In this document: in pieces, positions 23,084 through 32,003 of the stretch
How positions within the stretch are numbered: position 1 is the stretch's first letter
Layout: every line of letters starts with the position of its first letter
From: Diplonema japonicum
Lineage: Eukaryota > Protista > Euglenozoa: Diplonemea
Length of the DNA: 64,000 nucleotides
Assembly (NCBI GenBank): GCA_964019335.1
Contig: OZ025704.1
Span: 434,001 to 498,000, forward strand
Reading direction: 5' to 3'
Notes under the pieces: generated by a model
Databases searched by the model: none
The model's input: the letters and a program-made list of their open reading frames with translations, nothing else
What the model was told of the DNA's origin: nothing
Made by a program: the position numbers and the translations under genes

Positions 23084-24071
23084 CAATGCGAGCTTAGGTA
23101 GCAAGCTCCTTCCTTTTCGTGCTCATTATTCCAGAATGGAAAGGTGGTTTCCACCTCTGTTTTTTTTTATTTTTGTTTTTTCTCTAATTAGAGCAGGGCC
23201 ACCAGGTTCTCTTGTTCTAACGAAGAAAGGGGGGGGGGGGGGGGGGGGGACAAGAAGGAGAGAAGAAAAGAAAAATGTTATAAAATGGAGAAATGTATCG
23301 AAAAGAAAGAGAAAAGAAGAAAAGAAAACGTTCTTTGTTCAATACAAAGAATGGCGGGTTTCGTAGAATTTTGTGGTTGTTTTCCCCCCTTTTTTTCTCT
23401 GTATTTTGCACCTTGCTGCTAACAAGCAACTGCGACCTTACCTTGATCTTGCTCATTCAAGTAGCTTGCAGGCGCTGAGCGCTTAATTCACGGTCACATT
23501 GGAGAGGATAAGAGCCGTTTGAAGCAGGGAAAGAAAAGGGCCCGAGGGGAAAGAAGAATGGAGTGAAATGAGAAACATGCATCCCTTTATTTCGCAGTAC
23601 CTGCACACCCTTTTTTTGGTTGCAACATCTCTTCCTATCATAGTGGCCCTTCCTTCCCCTCCTTTGCTCGATAAGGTTTTTTTTTTCTTCTTTTTTTTTT
23701 GCTATCGTAATATCTTGTGTTTTTCCCCCCTTCCTCTGTTTTTCTGGCAGGCATTTCGGCAAAAGACCGATGGTGATTTTCTTATTATCTAAAGCATTTG
23801 CAGCGGCCTGACCCGTAGGAATAGGGAGGGGAAAAAGAGAAAAAGCAAAATAATTTCCTCCGATTGTTTTATTGATCGGTGCGTCCCCACCCCCCCTTCC
23901 CCCTTTGTGCAATGGCCACCTTGGGATAGTACTTTAAAAAAAAAAAATTGAAAAAAAAAGAAAAAAAGAAACGTTTTATTATTATTTTTTTTTTTTTATT
24001 ACTTTCCCCGCTTTATGTGAAACCAGAAAAACGTACAACAAAACAAGGCCGGATTTAAAAAAAAAAAAAAG

Positions 24072-25107
24072 ATGGCACAAGTCATGTTCAAGAGAGTGTG
24101 CCTAGGGGCAGGAGCCTACTCGCTATGGTCGGGTTTTGGTGCAGTTGTGTATGAAATAAAGCTCCCCCCCTTTTTTTTTTTACAAAAGAAAAAAAAACCC
24201 CCCTCCCACAGGTCACAGTATCAAGAAGAAGAGCGTGTGGGGATAAAACGTATAAAACTGTTAAAAGAGATCAACGACCTAAAGGCAACAATCGAAGAGG
24301 AAGGGGAAACAGGACGACGCCTTATCGAGGGCCTGCACGAGGAATTGGAGTGCATCGGGGAGATGAACGAAGGCGTGCACAACCTATGGAAGGAGCGTGC
24401 GAGGCGGTGGAGCGACGTCAAGGAGTTCGACGACATGATGAACGTGATGCCATGGGTGTTCTGGCACTGGAAGCGGTTGGAGAAGTGGTACGAGGTAGTA
24501 GCAAGCCGTCTCGAGAATCACGAAGACTTCAAGCAATACGAGTACACCAGCATGCATCTCAACGACATGCGCATGGCACACGTTCTTGACGCCTACGACA
24601 CAGAGGTGAAGCTCCCACAGACGGCCTCTACCATCGGCCTCGCTAGGCAAGCTTCCAACAACGACCCTTTCTTGTTTGTTCTTGAAGCGTCTCTCAAAAA
24701 CACCAGCCGCCCTTCCCTCCAAGACTTCAGCGTGCAGAAGCAAACCCTTGCATCCATCATCGCGGCACTTCCTGCCACCGACACCTTCAAGCCACTCTAC
24801 GCAGAAGCGTCCTCAGCTATCGCACGACACCCCATGGCAGAGTACACAGTTGAGGAGTTGGGCAGCAAGCTCAACATGGTTGGTGAGGTGTTGCAGCATG
24901 CTGAAAGGGAAGCCACTTCAGAGGACCTCCAGCGGGCCATCAAGCTGACCGACGAGCTCAAGGCTGGCATCATCGACTACCGAATATTAATTCAGGTATT
25001 TTTTTTTTCCTCTCAAGATTTAGAAAAATATAAACCCATTGCAGGCACACAATCTGTACGAGGCGTACATGACTACCCTGCTGCTGTCCTTGTCGCCTGC
25101 AAAGTAG
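24072..25107 (+). CDS. Coiled-coil protein with a C-terminal cryptic mitofilin-like domain, candidate MICOS Mic34-like subunit (307 aa); exons 24072-24148, 24212-24995, 25045-25107
   Basis: Introns 24149-24211 and 24996-25044. The protein has an N-terminal hydrophobic stretch and a coiled coil. The C-terminus VLQHAE...EDLQRAIKLTDELK...IQAHNLYEAY resembles mitofilin ILxRAE...GDLxxAVxExxxL...QAxxLLxAY. The family call is inference. Confidence 0.55.
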
Positions 25108-25415
25108 GGCCTTTTTATTTTGATAGTTTTCTTTTTCTTTTTTCGGGTGCTTCGTTATCCCCTCTTTTTTATTTATTTATTATTGACCTATGCTTCTTTT
25201 TTTTTCTTCTTGTTTTTTCGATCCATCGGGAGGACAAAGGCGGTGGAACAGGAGGGCGATATTTGCATCACCGAGGACCAAGCATGACCTAGAGGCGTTG
25301 AAAGGACAATGGACAAGAGAACGAAGAGAAAGAGCGGCCAGGCTGGGAGAAGGCCGGCAAGACCACCAAAGGAGGAGAAACCGCTGCTGAAAGGGGATAG
25401 GTGCAGGTAGAAGAT

Positions 25416-25460
25416 GAGAACAAGGGGGCGTCTCACAAAGACTTCCTTTAACTCATATAT
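25416..25460 (+). repeat. 45-bp dispersed repeat, copy 1
   Basis: gagaacaagggggcgtctcacaaagacttcctttaactcatatat is 44/45 identical to 27476-27520. Confidence 0.95.
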
Positions 25461-25664
25461 ATCTTCTTTCTTTGCGCAGTTCAAGCGCGTAAAAAAAAGA
25501 GAAAAAAATGTTTCCGAGCTGAACAGAGGAATCACCTTCTCAAAACTAAGAATTACGATACTTCTTCTTTTTTTTTTTTGTTTCTGTTTTTTGTTTCGTG
25601 CTCCTTCTCACCGACAACACCACAGGAGCCAAGATATGCAGACGCGCGAAGGGAATAGATACGA

Positions 25665-27131
25665 ATGAGCCCCTTGCACCATGTTTCAGTCAAGAGACGG
25701 TTGCTGCTGCTGAGCATCAGTTTGATCATCACGATCGTGTACTTGTTCATCTGCGGTGGTGTGATGATGATGTTGGAGAAGTCGAACGAAGAAGACATCA
25801 TCGAAGAGCTTGCAGAGGAGATAGCGAAGGTGAGTCTGAGCAACAGCACCATATCGCATCTTGAGGAGCTTGGGGTGTGCCACTTCCCTCGCGACGCGCA
25901 GTGGACGTTCTCTGGGTCTGTGTTCTACGTGCTGACAGTGATCACAACGATAGGCTACGGCTCGCACACCCCGAGAACCTTCAACGGGAAGTCCTTTACT
26001 GTAGTCTTCGCCATCTTCGGCATTGCGCTCATAGGCAACATCCTAACAAACTGCGCTGTTCTCCTAGTGGGCATCATCCAAGGCATCCTGCAACGCGTAC
26101 GCAAGAAAGAAGTCGAAAAGCGCAAGCGATCGTCCCACGAAGAACAGCAAGTGTGGGACGCAGCTTTCAGCGCCTTCGAGTCACGATTTCATGAGAACGG
26201 CTGCCTGCCGAGCGAGTCCCTGAAGGACGTGATGGAGCTTGCGACGAACTCCCCTCTGGATGAGGACCAAGAGGAGTTCTTACTGTCAAACGTCGACAGC
26301 TTGAACTCTGGGTACGTTACAAGAGGCGGCGTTGCGAGGGCCCTCGTTTTGTGGTACGAGACTCAGGACCAGCTCCCCGAAGGCGTGTCGCGTCTGAAGT
26401 TCTTCATCTACATCATGGTGGCCTTTGTGTGGATCATCACATGGGCATGCGGCTTCTCGTACGTCGAGAGCTGGGAGATCCGGGACGGGATGTGGTTCTG
26501 CTTCGTGACGATGACGACGATCGGGTTCGGGGACTTCGTGCCCACATCCAACACAGGGCGCATCATGTCGTTTGTCTTCGTGGTGCCCGGGCTGGGGATA
26601 GGGGCCACCGCCTTGTCGTCGCTGTGGAAAGCATTCGACTTCTCAAGGTTCTGGTGGCTGCAGAAGGCGTACACTAAGGGGAAGGTCTCGAAGAAACTAT
26701 TGGAGGTGCATGGGATCCTGCTGCCGATTAGCACCAAAAACAAAGTCCGGAAGGTAAAGAAAAAGTACAGGACGAGGCTTCGTGACTACGTCGCCGACAG
26801 CAGCGAGGAGGGAACACCTGTCAACATACGGAAGAACGGAGAGGCGGAGGAGGGCAACAGCCTTGACACTGGCACAGGTGAAAGTTCACCCCTCAATGGG
26901 TTTGGCGTCAATGGGCTCTCGCATCCGTTGTTAGCTAGCTTGACGACAGTGATCCCAGACAGCCCTATATCCCCTAGCCACTCCCACCCGGAGGCTATAC
27001 CCTACTCGAAAGATTCTCTCATGCTCTCAACGCCTGCCCTGCAGCCCAGCTCATTGCTTCCAGCACTGCCTGTTAGGAGTATTGCCGGTTCGATGCCTGC
27101 TCGCACCCAGCAGCAGCAAGTGTTTCTTTAG
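25665..27131 (+). CDS. Two-pore-domain (4TM/2P) potassium channel with an internal EF-hand-like pair (488 aa)
   Basis: Two pore loops, WTFSGSVFYVLTVITTIGYG and DGMWFCFVTMTTIGFGDFVP, with four TM helices. The loop between them contains F...ENGCLPSESL and VDSLNSGYVT. Confidence 0.92.
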   Translation: MSPLHHVSVKRRLLLLSISLIITIVYLFICGGVMMMLEKSNEEDIIEELAEEIAKVSLSNSTISHLEELGVCHFPRDAQWTFSGSVFYVLTVITTIGYGSHTPRTFNGKSFTVVFAIFGIALIGNILTNCAVLLVGIIQGILQRVRKKEVEKRKRSSHEEQQVWDAAFSAFESRFHENGCLPSESLKDVMELATNSPLDEDQEEFLLSNVDSLNSGYVTRGGVARALVLWYETQDQLPEGVSRLKFFIYIMVAFVWIITWACGFSYVESWEIRDGMWFCFVTMTTIGFGDFVPTSNTGRIMSFVFVVPGLGIGATALSSLWKAFDFSRFWWLQKAYTKGKVSKKLLEVHGILLPISTKNKVRKVKKKYRTRLRDYVADSSEEGTPVNIRKNGEAEEGNSLDTGTGESSPLNGFGVNGLSHPLLASLTTVIPDSPISPSHSHPEAIPYSKDSLMLSTPALQPSSLLPALPVRSIAGSMPARTQQQQVFL

Positions 27132-27475
27132 TCCATTGCACCGAAACAATAAGATAAGAAATAAAAAAAAAGAGAGAAAGGAGGACATCAGGAGAGATAG
27201 AGTTATGGTAACGAACGGGGGGTAGGGGGGGTTTAAGGGGAGGCATTTGTTTTCCCCCAATACAGCATTGACCATGTCTCCCTCCTCCCCCCCCATTCTC
27301 CCCCTGTGGAAAGAAAAAAGAAAACACTGCTTTTCTGGTCGTTTTGTTATCACTCTCTCGTGATTTTTTTTTTTAGAAGAAAGGAAAAGTGTACAGTGAA
27401 CACCCAATCTGCGTGTCTAGCTGCTTTGTGAAAACACTTACTTACTGCTTATGCTTTACCCTTTCTTTTTTTAAA

Positions 27476-27520
27476 GAGAACAAGGGGGCGTCTCACAAAG
27501 ACTTCCTTTATCTCATATAT
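27476..27520 (+). repeat. 45-bp dispersed repeat, copy 2
   Basis: gagaacaagggggcgtctcacaaagacttcctttatctcatatat, a direct copy of 25416-25460. Confidence 0.95.
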
Positions 27521-28792
27521 TTTTTCTTTCTTTCTTTTTTTTTTTTTTTTTTTTTTTTTTTTGTTTGGCTCTCGGTTTGTTTTATTCGATTTGCCCCTTA
27601 CTTGGTACAAAATCTCCCTATGTTTCCCCTCCCACCTCCCCTTGAAAAGAACGCTTAAAAAGGAAAAAAACGAAAATTCAAATTTAAAAAAAAGAAGAAG
27701 AAAGAGAGAAAACAACAGCTCAAGGTTATTTTTTTTTTTTCAAGTTTTGCTTTTGATAAATCACCGTTTGCCTTATAGATAGGTGTTGCGACATCTTGGG
27801 AGTTGCAAAGGGTGGAAAAAAAAAAAAGCTTTTACCCCCTGTTTTTTGTTGTTTTCTCTTTTTTTTTCTTTTTTTTGTTTCAGAAAGAAATAAAAAAGAC
27901 AGAAAGGAACTGGAAAGCTTTAGGCACTCCGTCATAGTGATAGAATGGCGAAGCAGTATTTCTTTTTTTTTTTGGCCAAGACTTGTCTAAACAAAAGGGG
28001 ACCGTGACAACCCTTGGCCTTTCCCAGCACGTAGAAGCAACGGCCAGTTCCTCTTTTGATTTTGCCATGTCGCTATTAACATTCACGAAAACGGGTCCTA
28101 AGAATATAAATTCTATTTTTTTTGTTAAGAAGATGAAGCTTTATAGATACGGGTGAAGAAACAAAAAAAGAAAGAAAAGGATGGGGAAAAAAAAAGAAGA
28201 AATTCTTCCCCCCCCCCCCCCCCCTTCCACTAAATATAATTTATAAGAAAATTCTTTTTTTTTCCCATCCCGGTGCTCACGAAAGCACAACCAACAAGAA
28301 ATGTCTTTAAACCCGAGAGGGTAGTAAAAAGAAGAAGAAAAAGGAAGATCAACTGCTTTTTTGTTCCATGAAGAGCTTATTTTTTCCCCTTCTTTTATTT
28401 GCTCTCTTCCCCCCCCCCCCCCCCCCCCTCTGGAGTCTTCTTTGTTGTAATTCTTACACTCCAGTTCATTTTCTTTTTTGTTTTTAGTTCCTTTTCCTTT
28501 GGTCGGCCAGGGGCCCCTTCTAGTAGTCCTTGGCTCGCAGCTACTGCTGGCCGGGATACCATTAGTATGTAGTGGCACAGGATCTTCTTTTAGCATTCTG
28601 CCTCTATTTCTTTTCTTCTGCGTCTTTTGGTGGGTCGGTTGTTAGCACTTCTCGATCATTGTGAAATTTGTTAAGCTGTTTCAGGTCTGTTCTGTCCTTG
28701 CACTGCTATGCAGCCAATAGTTGTGCGCCCGTAGTAGTGTTTCTCTTCATTATTGCTTCTTCTTTTCTTCCATTCATATCATCAGGTTTAAC

Positions 28793-31700
28793 ATGTCTGT
28801 GGCCTCCATAGCAGCTTCCTTCTCGAACCCTGCATCCCGTGCCGCAAGCATCTGCCGGACGCAGTCAGAGGTCAGTGTTGGTTCGCACAGTCAGGTTGCA
28901 GAGCAGCCAGCCACACCTTCGTACCACAGCCGTGCACCCAGTACTAGCAATGTTATTGATGCTAGCGTCACCGGTGCTGGCCAGAGTATTGCACCAAGTG
29001 TGAGCAATGCCCCTACCCCCAGCAACCCTCCAAGTGCAAGTATCCATCCAAGCATTAGCAACCCTCCCAGTGCGAGCAACCATCCTGGTATTAGCAACCC
29101 TCCTAGTGCAAGTATCCATCCGAGCATTAGCAACCCCCCTAGTGCAAGCATCCATCCAAGCATTAGCAACCCTCCCAGCGCCAGCATCCATCCTGGTATT
29201 AGCAACCCCCCTAGTGCAAGCATCCACCCAGGCATCAGCCCTCCTGAGGCTGTCGCAGAACCCGCCCCAAACACCACGACAGCCCCTCCCAGCGCCAGGG
29301 GCTCGCTCACATCTCAGGTATCGCAGCGTGATGACTTCCTCCACGAGGTGCTCAGCACCACCATGCGGTCGCAGCGCAGCGAACCGGTCCAAATGCCACT
29401 TTCTTCCCTTCAGGATCCAGCTTCTGAAGTTCGTGCTGAGAGTCATGTGAGCACGCAGGGCCCCGCTCTACTTGCCAGGTCTGCCTCTTACAGTTCCTCT
29501 GTCCACAAGCCTACCCACGACACAAGCTCGCACAAGACCTCAGTTCATGATGCCGACTCCCTTAGGCCCTCCCTCAATACTGCCTCTCGAAAGCCTTCCG
29601 TTCTCGACTCTATCCACAACCCCTCCACTCACGATGCTGCTTCTCAAGGGACCTTGATCCAAGATGCTACCCTTGTTCGCAAGCTCTCCGTTCAGAGCAT
29701 AGCATCTTCCTACAGGGCCCCAAGGAACCCACCATCGCAGGATCTCCAAAGCAGCAAGTCAAAGGCCAGCCACGTACCGAGCACCAGGACTGATGTGGCA
29801 CAAGCCGTTGAGGCACAACTGGACAACACACGTTCCATGATGTCAGGGAGGTCACCTTTTGAGTCACAACCACTGCAGGCATCTGCCCGTTCTCCTTCAG
29901 TTAGCATAGTGTCTGTACAAAGCAAAGGTATTTCGTCACCGCCACCGCCACCCGCCCCTGCTGAGTTTGTCTTGGACAAAAGGTCTAGCGCGGTGCCCAT
30001 GTACCCCAACGTGTCTGTGAGATCGCTCAATGAGTCACAGGTCTCCCTTTCCGGGCCTTACAAACTCCCCGAGCAGCTGCCGTACCAGGTACCCACCACA
30101 GCTTATGAAATGCAAAAGCAGCTTGAGCATGAAGACGAGGCACGTGCCAAACGAGAGGTTTCAGAAGCAGAGAGCTATGCCACACCAACACCCCACCCTA
30201 GCGTGGTCAGTGTGGCCCAGTCCAGACAGGATGATGCCTCGGCGTGCAGCAATGAAGCAGAGGTCGAAGAGGAGGAGGCGGTAGAAGTAGTCGAAGACGT
30301 GGAAGAAGAAGAAGGAGAAGTTGACCGAGAAGTTAGCGCCCCTGAGCAAGAGGGGAGCGGCATCAAGGAGGTGGTAGGGAGGAAGGTGTGGGAGCCACCT
30401 GCGAAGGAAGAGCTTTCGCAGTACGTTAACATTCACACTGAGGAGAAGATAACACAGTACCGCCTGGACCCCACGGGGGCTCTCGACATCGGGTCGGCCT
30501 CCATGGTACAAGACATCGTCAAGGACCTTGTCGATGAGCTGAATGACATGAAGATTGCGTTGTTCAAGATGACAACGGAGCGTGACTCTCTGCTGGCCGA
30601 GATCGCGTTGCTTCGTGCTCGCCTTTTGGCGCCCAAGCCAGAGCCTGAGGCGACAAATATTATTATTGAGCAGCCTGTCGTGCAGGAAGTAGCAGAAATA
30701 GAAGGCCCCGGAATAATATTAAACTGGGCGCTGTTCCAAAAGCAACTTAGAGCTGCCCAAGCCGAAGCGGCTAGGTTGCGCAAGGATCTTGTTGCTAAGG
30801 ACATCTACGAAGGTAGAGCGGAACGTGCCGAGGACGCCCTGCGCAAGGCAGAGGAAGTGATGCTTGAGGTGCAGCTTGCATTCAACGAACTCGCCACAAC
30901 GCGGGAGGACGACATCAGAACTCTCTCAAAAGAGAACCTCGAACTGCGCGGCTCGATCAATGCCAGAGTACCGAGGGAAGAATTCAGGAGTATTGAAGCA
31001 AGACTGGCTGATAAGAACAAGCAGCTAGAACTCGAGAGAAAGATGGCAGAAGCGACACGGCTTGGGTTAGTTGACGAACTGGCAGCTGCGCAGCTGCTTG
31101 TGAGTAGGATCGAAGAAGAAGCGGCACAAAGGGAAGAGCGGCTGAGGGAGCTGCTTGTCCAAAGTGGAGATGAGCAGAACAGGCTTTTACAGCAGCTGAT
31201 CCTCAGCGAGCAGGCATTGCTGCCCGAGCTGAGGGACAAGCTGCTTCTACAAAAGGAGACCATCGCAAGACTGCTGAAGAACATAACGCGACTTGAGGAC
31301 GATAAAAAGGCTTTGCGTGCTGATGTGTTAGCAGCTGAGACGCTTGCGGAGAGCACAGAGAATGAAAGAGAGGCTATGGAGAAAGAACTCAAGGCGGCGA
31401 AGGCAGAAGGGGCCATGCTGAGGCAGATGTTGGAGAAGATCGCAGACAGCGCTCGCGAGGCAATGGAGTTGCGGAAGGAGCTGGCCAAACTGAAAGGTGT
31501 GAATGAGCATCTGCGTGATAAGCTGAAGGAGCGTGATGTTTACATCCTTAGCCACAAGAACACTGTGTCAGAGATGCGTGTGGAGCACGCAGCAGAGATG
31601 AAGAACGCTGTGGACCGTGTTACTTCTTCGGTAAGGGCGCAGTCGGGTGAACTTTTTGGGAGGCACCTTTCAATGATGTCTACAAAGAACTTCACGGGAA

Positions 31701-31909
31701 CACGCGAAGGGCAGGCTCTACCTAGCCAAAGTAGGGCAGACGTACGCACCCGCACTGGACAGCCCAGAAGCACCGCTCTCGAGGCCATTCACATCCTTCA
31801 CGACACTTTCGCACCTATGCACAGCACGCGAAGCATGCAGAGCATGCCCTCGTTCCCCCCGCAACCACGCAATATTTCGCCCATAAGGGAGAAACATATG
31901 AGGCACTGA
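28793..31909 (+). CDS. Hypothetical protein: S/P-rich disordered N-half with 12-aa repeats and a C-terminal coiled coil (1038 aa)
   Basis: Acceptor atcag at 28785 precedes the ATG at 28793. The ORF is long, with heptad-rich sequence in the C-terminal half. Confidence 0.85.
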   Translation: MSVASIAASFSNPASRAASICRTQSEVSVGSHSQVAEQPATPSYHSRAPSTSNVIDASVTGAGQSIAPSVSNAPTPSNPPSASIHPSISNPPSASNHPGISNPPSASIHPSISNPPSASIHPSISNPPSASIHPGISNPPSASIHPGISPPEAVAEPAPNTTTAPPSARGSLTSQVSQRDDFLHEVLSTTMRSQRSEPVQMPLSSLQDPASEVRAESHVSTQGPALLARSASYSSSVHKPTHDTSSHKTSVHDADSLRPSLNTASRKPSVLDSIHNPSTHDAASQGTLIQDATLVRKLSVQSIASSYRAPRNPPSQDLQSSKSKASHVPSTRTDVAQAVEAQLDNTRSMMSGRSPFESQPLQASARSPSVSIVSVQSKGISSPPPPPAPAEFVLDKRSSAVPMYPNVSVRSLNESQVSLSGPYKLPEQLPYQVPTTAYEMQKQLEHEDEARAKREVSEAESYATPTPHPSVVSVAQSRQDDASACSNEAEVEEEEAVEVVEDVEEEEGEVDREVSAPEQEGSGIKEVVGRKVWEPPAKEELSQYVNIHTEEKITQYRLDPTGALDIGSASMVQDIVKDLVDELNDMKIALFKMTTERDSLLAEIALLRARLLAPKPEPEATNIIIEQPVVQEVAEIEGPGIILNWALFQKQLRAAQAEAARLRKDLVAKDIYEGRAERAEDALRKAEEVMLEVQLAFNELATTREDDIRTLSKENLELRGSINARVPREEFRSIEARLADKNKQLELERKMAEATRLGLVDELAAAQLLVSRIEEEAAQREERLRELLVQSGDEQNRLLQQLILSEQALLPELRDKLLLQKETIARLLKNITRLEDDKKALRADVLAAETLAESTENEREAMEKELKAAKAEGAMLRQMLEKIADSAREAMELRKELAKLKGVNEHLRDKLKERDVYILSHKNTVSEMRVEHAAEMKNAVDRVTSSVRAQSGELFGRHLSMMSTKNFTGTREGQALPSQSRADVRTRTGQPRSTALEAIHILHDTFAPMHSTRSMQSMPSFPPQPRNISPIREKHMRH
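29021..29236 (+). repeat. Coding minisatellite, 6 x 36 nt (SNPPSASIHP[S/G]I)
   Basis: agcaaccc starts at 29021, 29057, 29093, 29129, 29165 and 29201. Confidence 0.95.
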
Positions 31910-32003
31910 CGCACATAGTTGTACTGTAACCTTCTGTTGTACATGTATTTTTGATTATTTCTCTACTTCCTTCTTTATTTACAGTACAGGTGCAGGTAGC
32001 ATA

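Noticed and set aside
29021-29236. 36-nt periodic repeat considered as a CRISPR array
   Set aside because: The units are contiguous with no unique spacers, are in-frame coding, and lie in a eukaryotic context with no cas genes.
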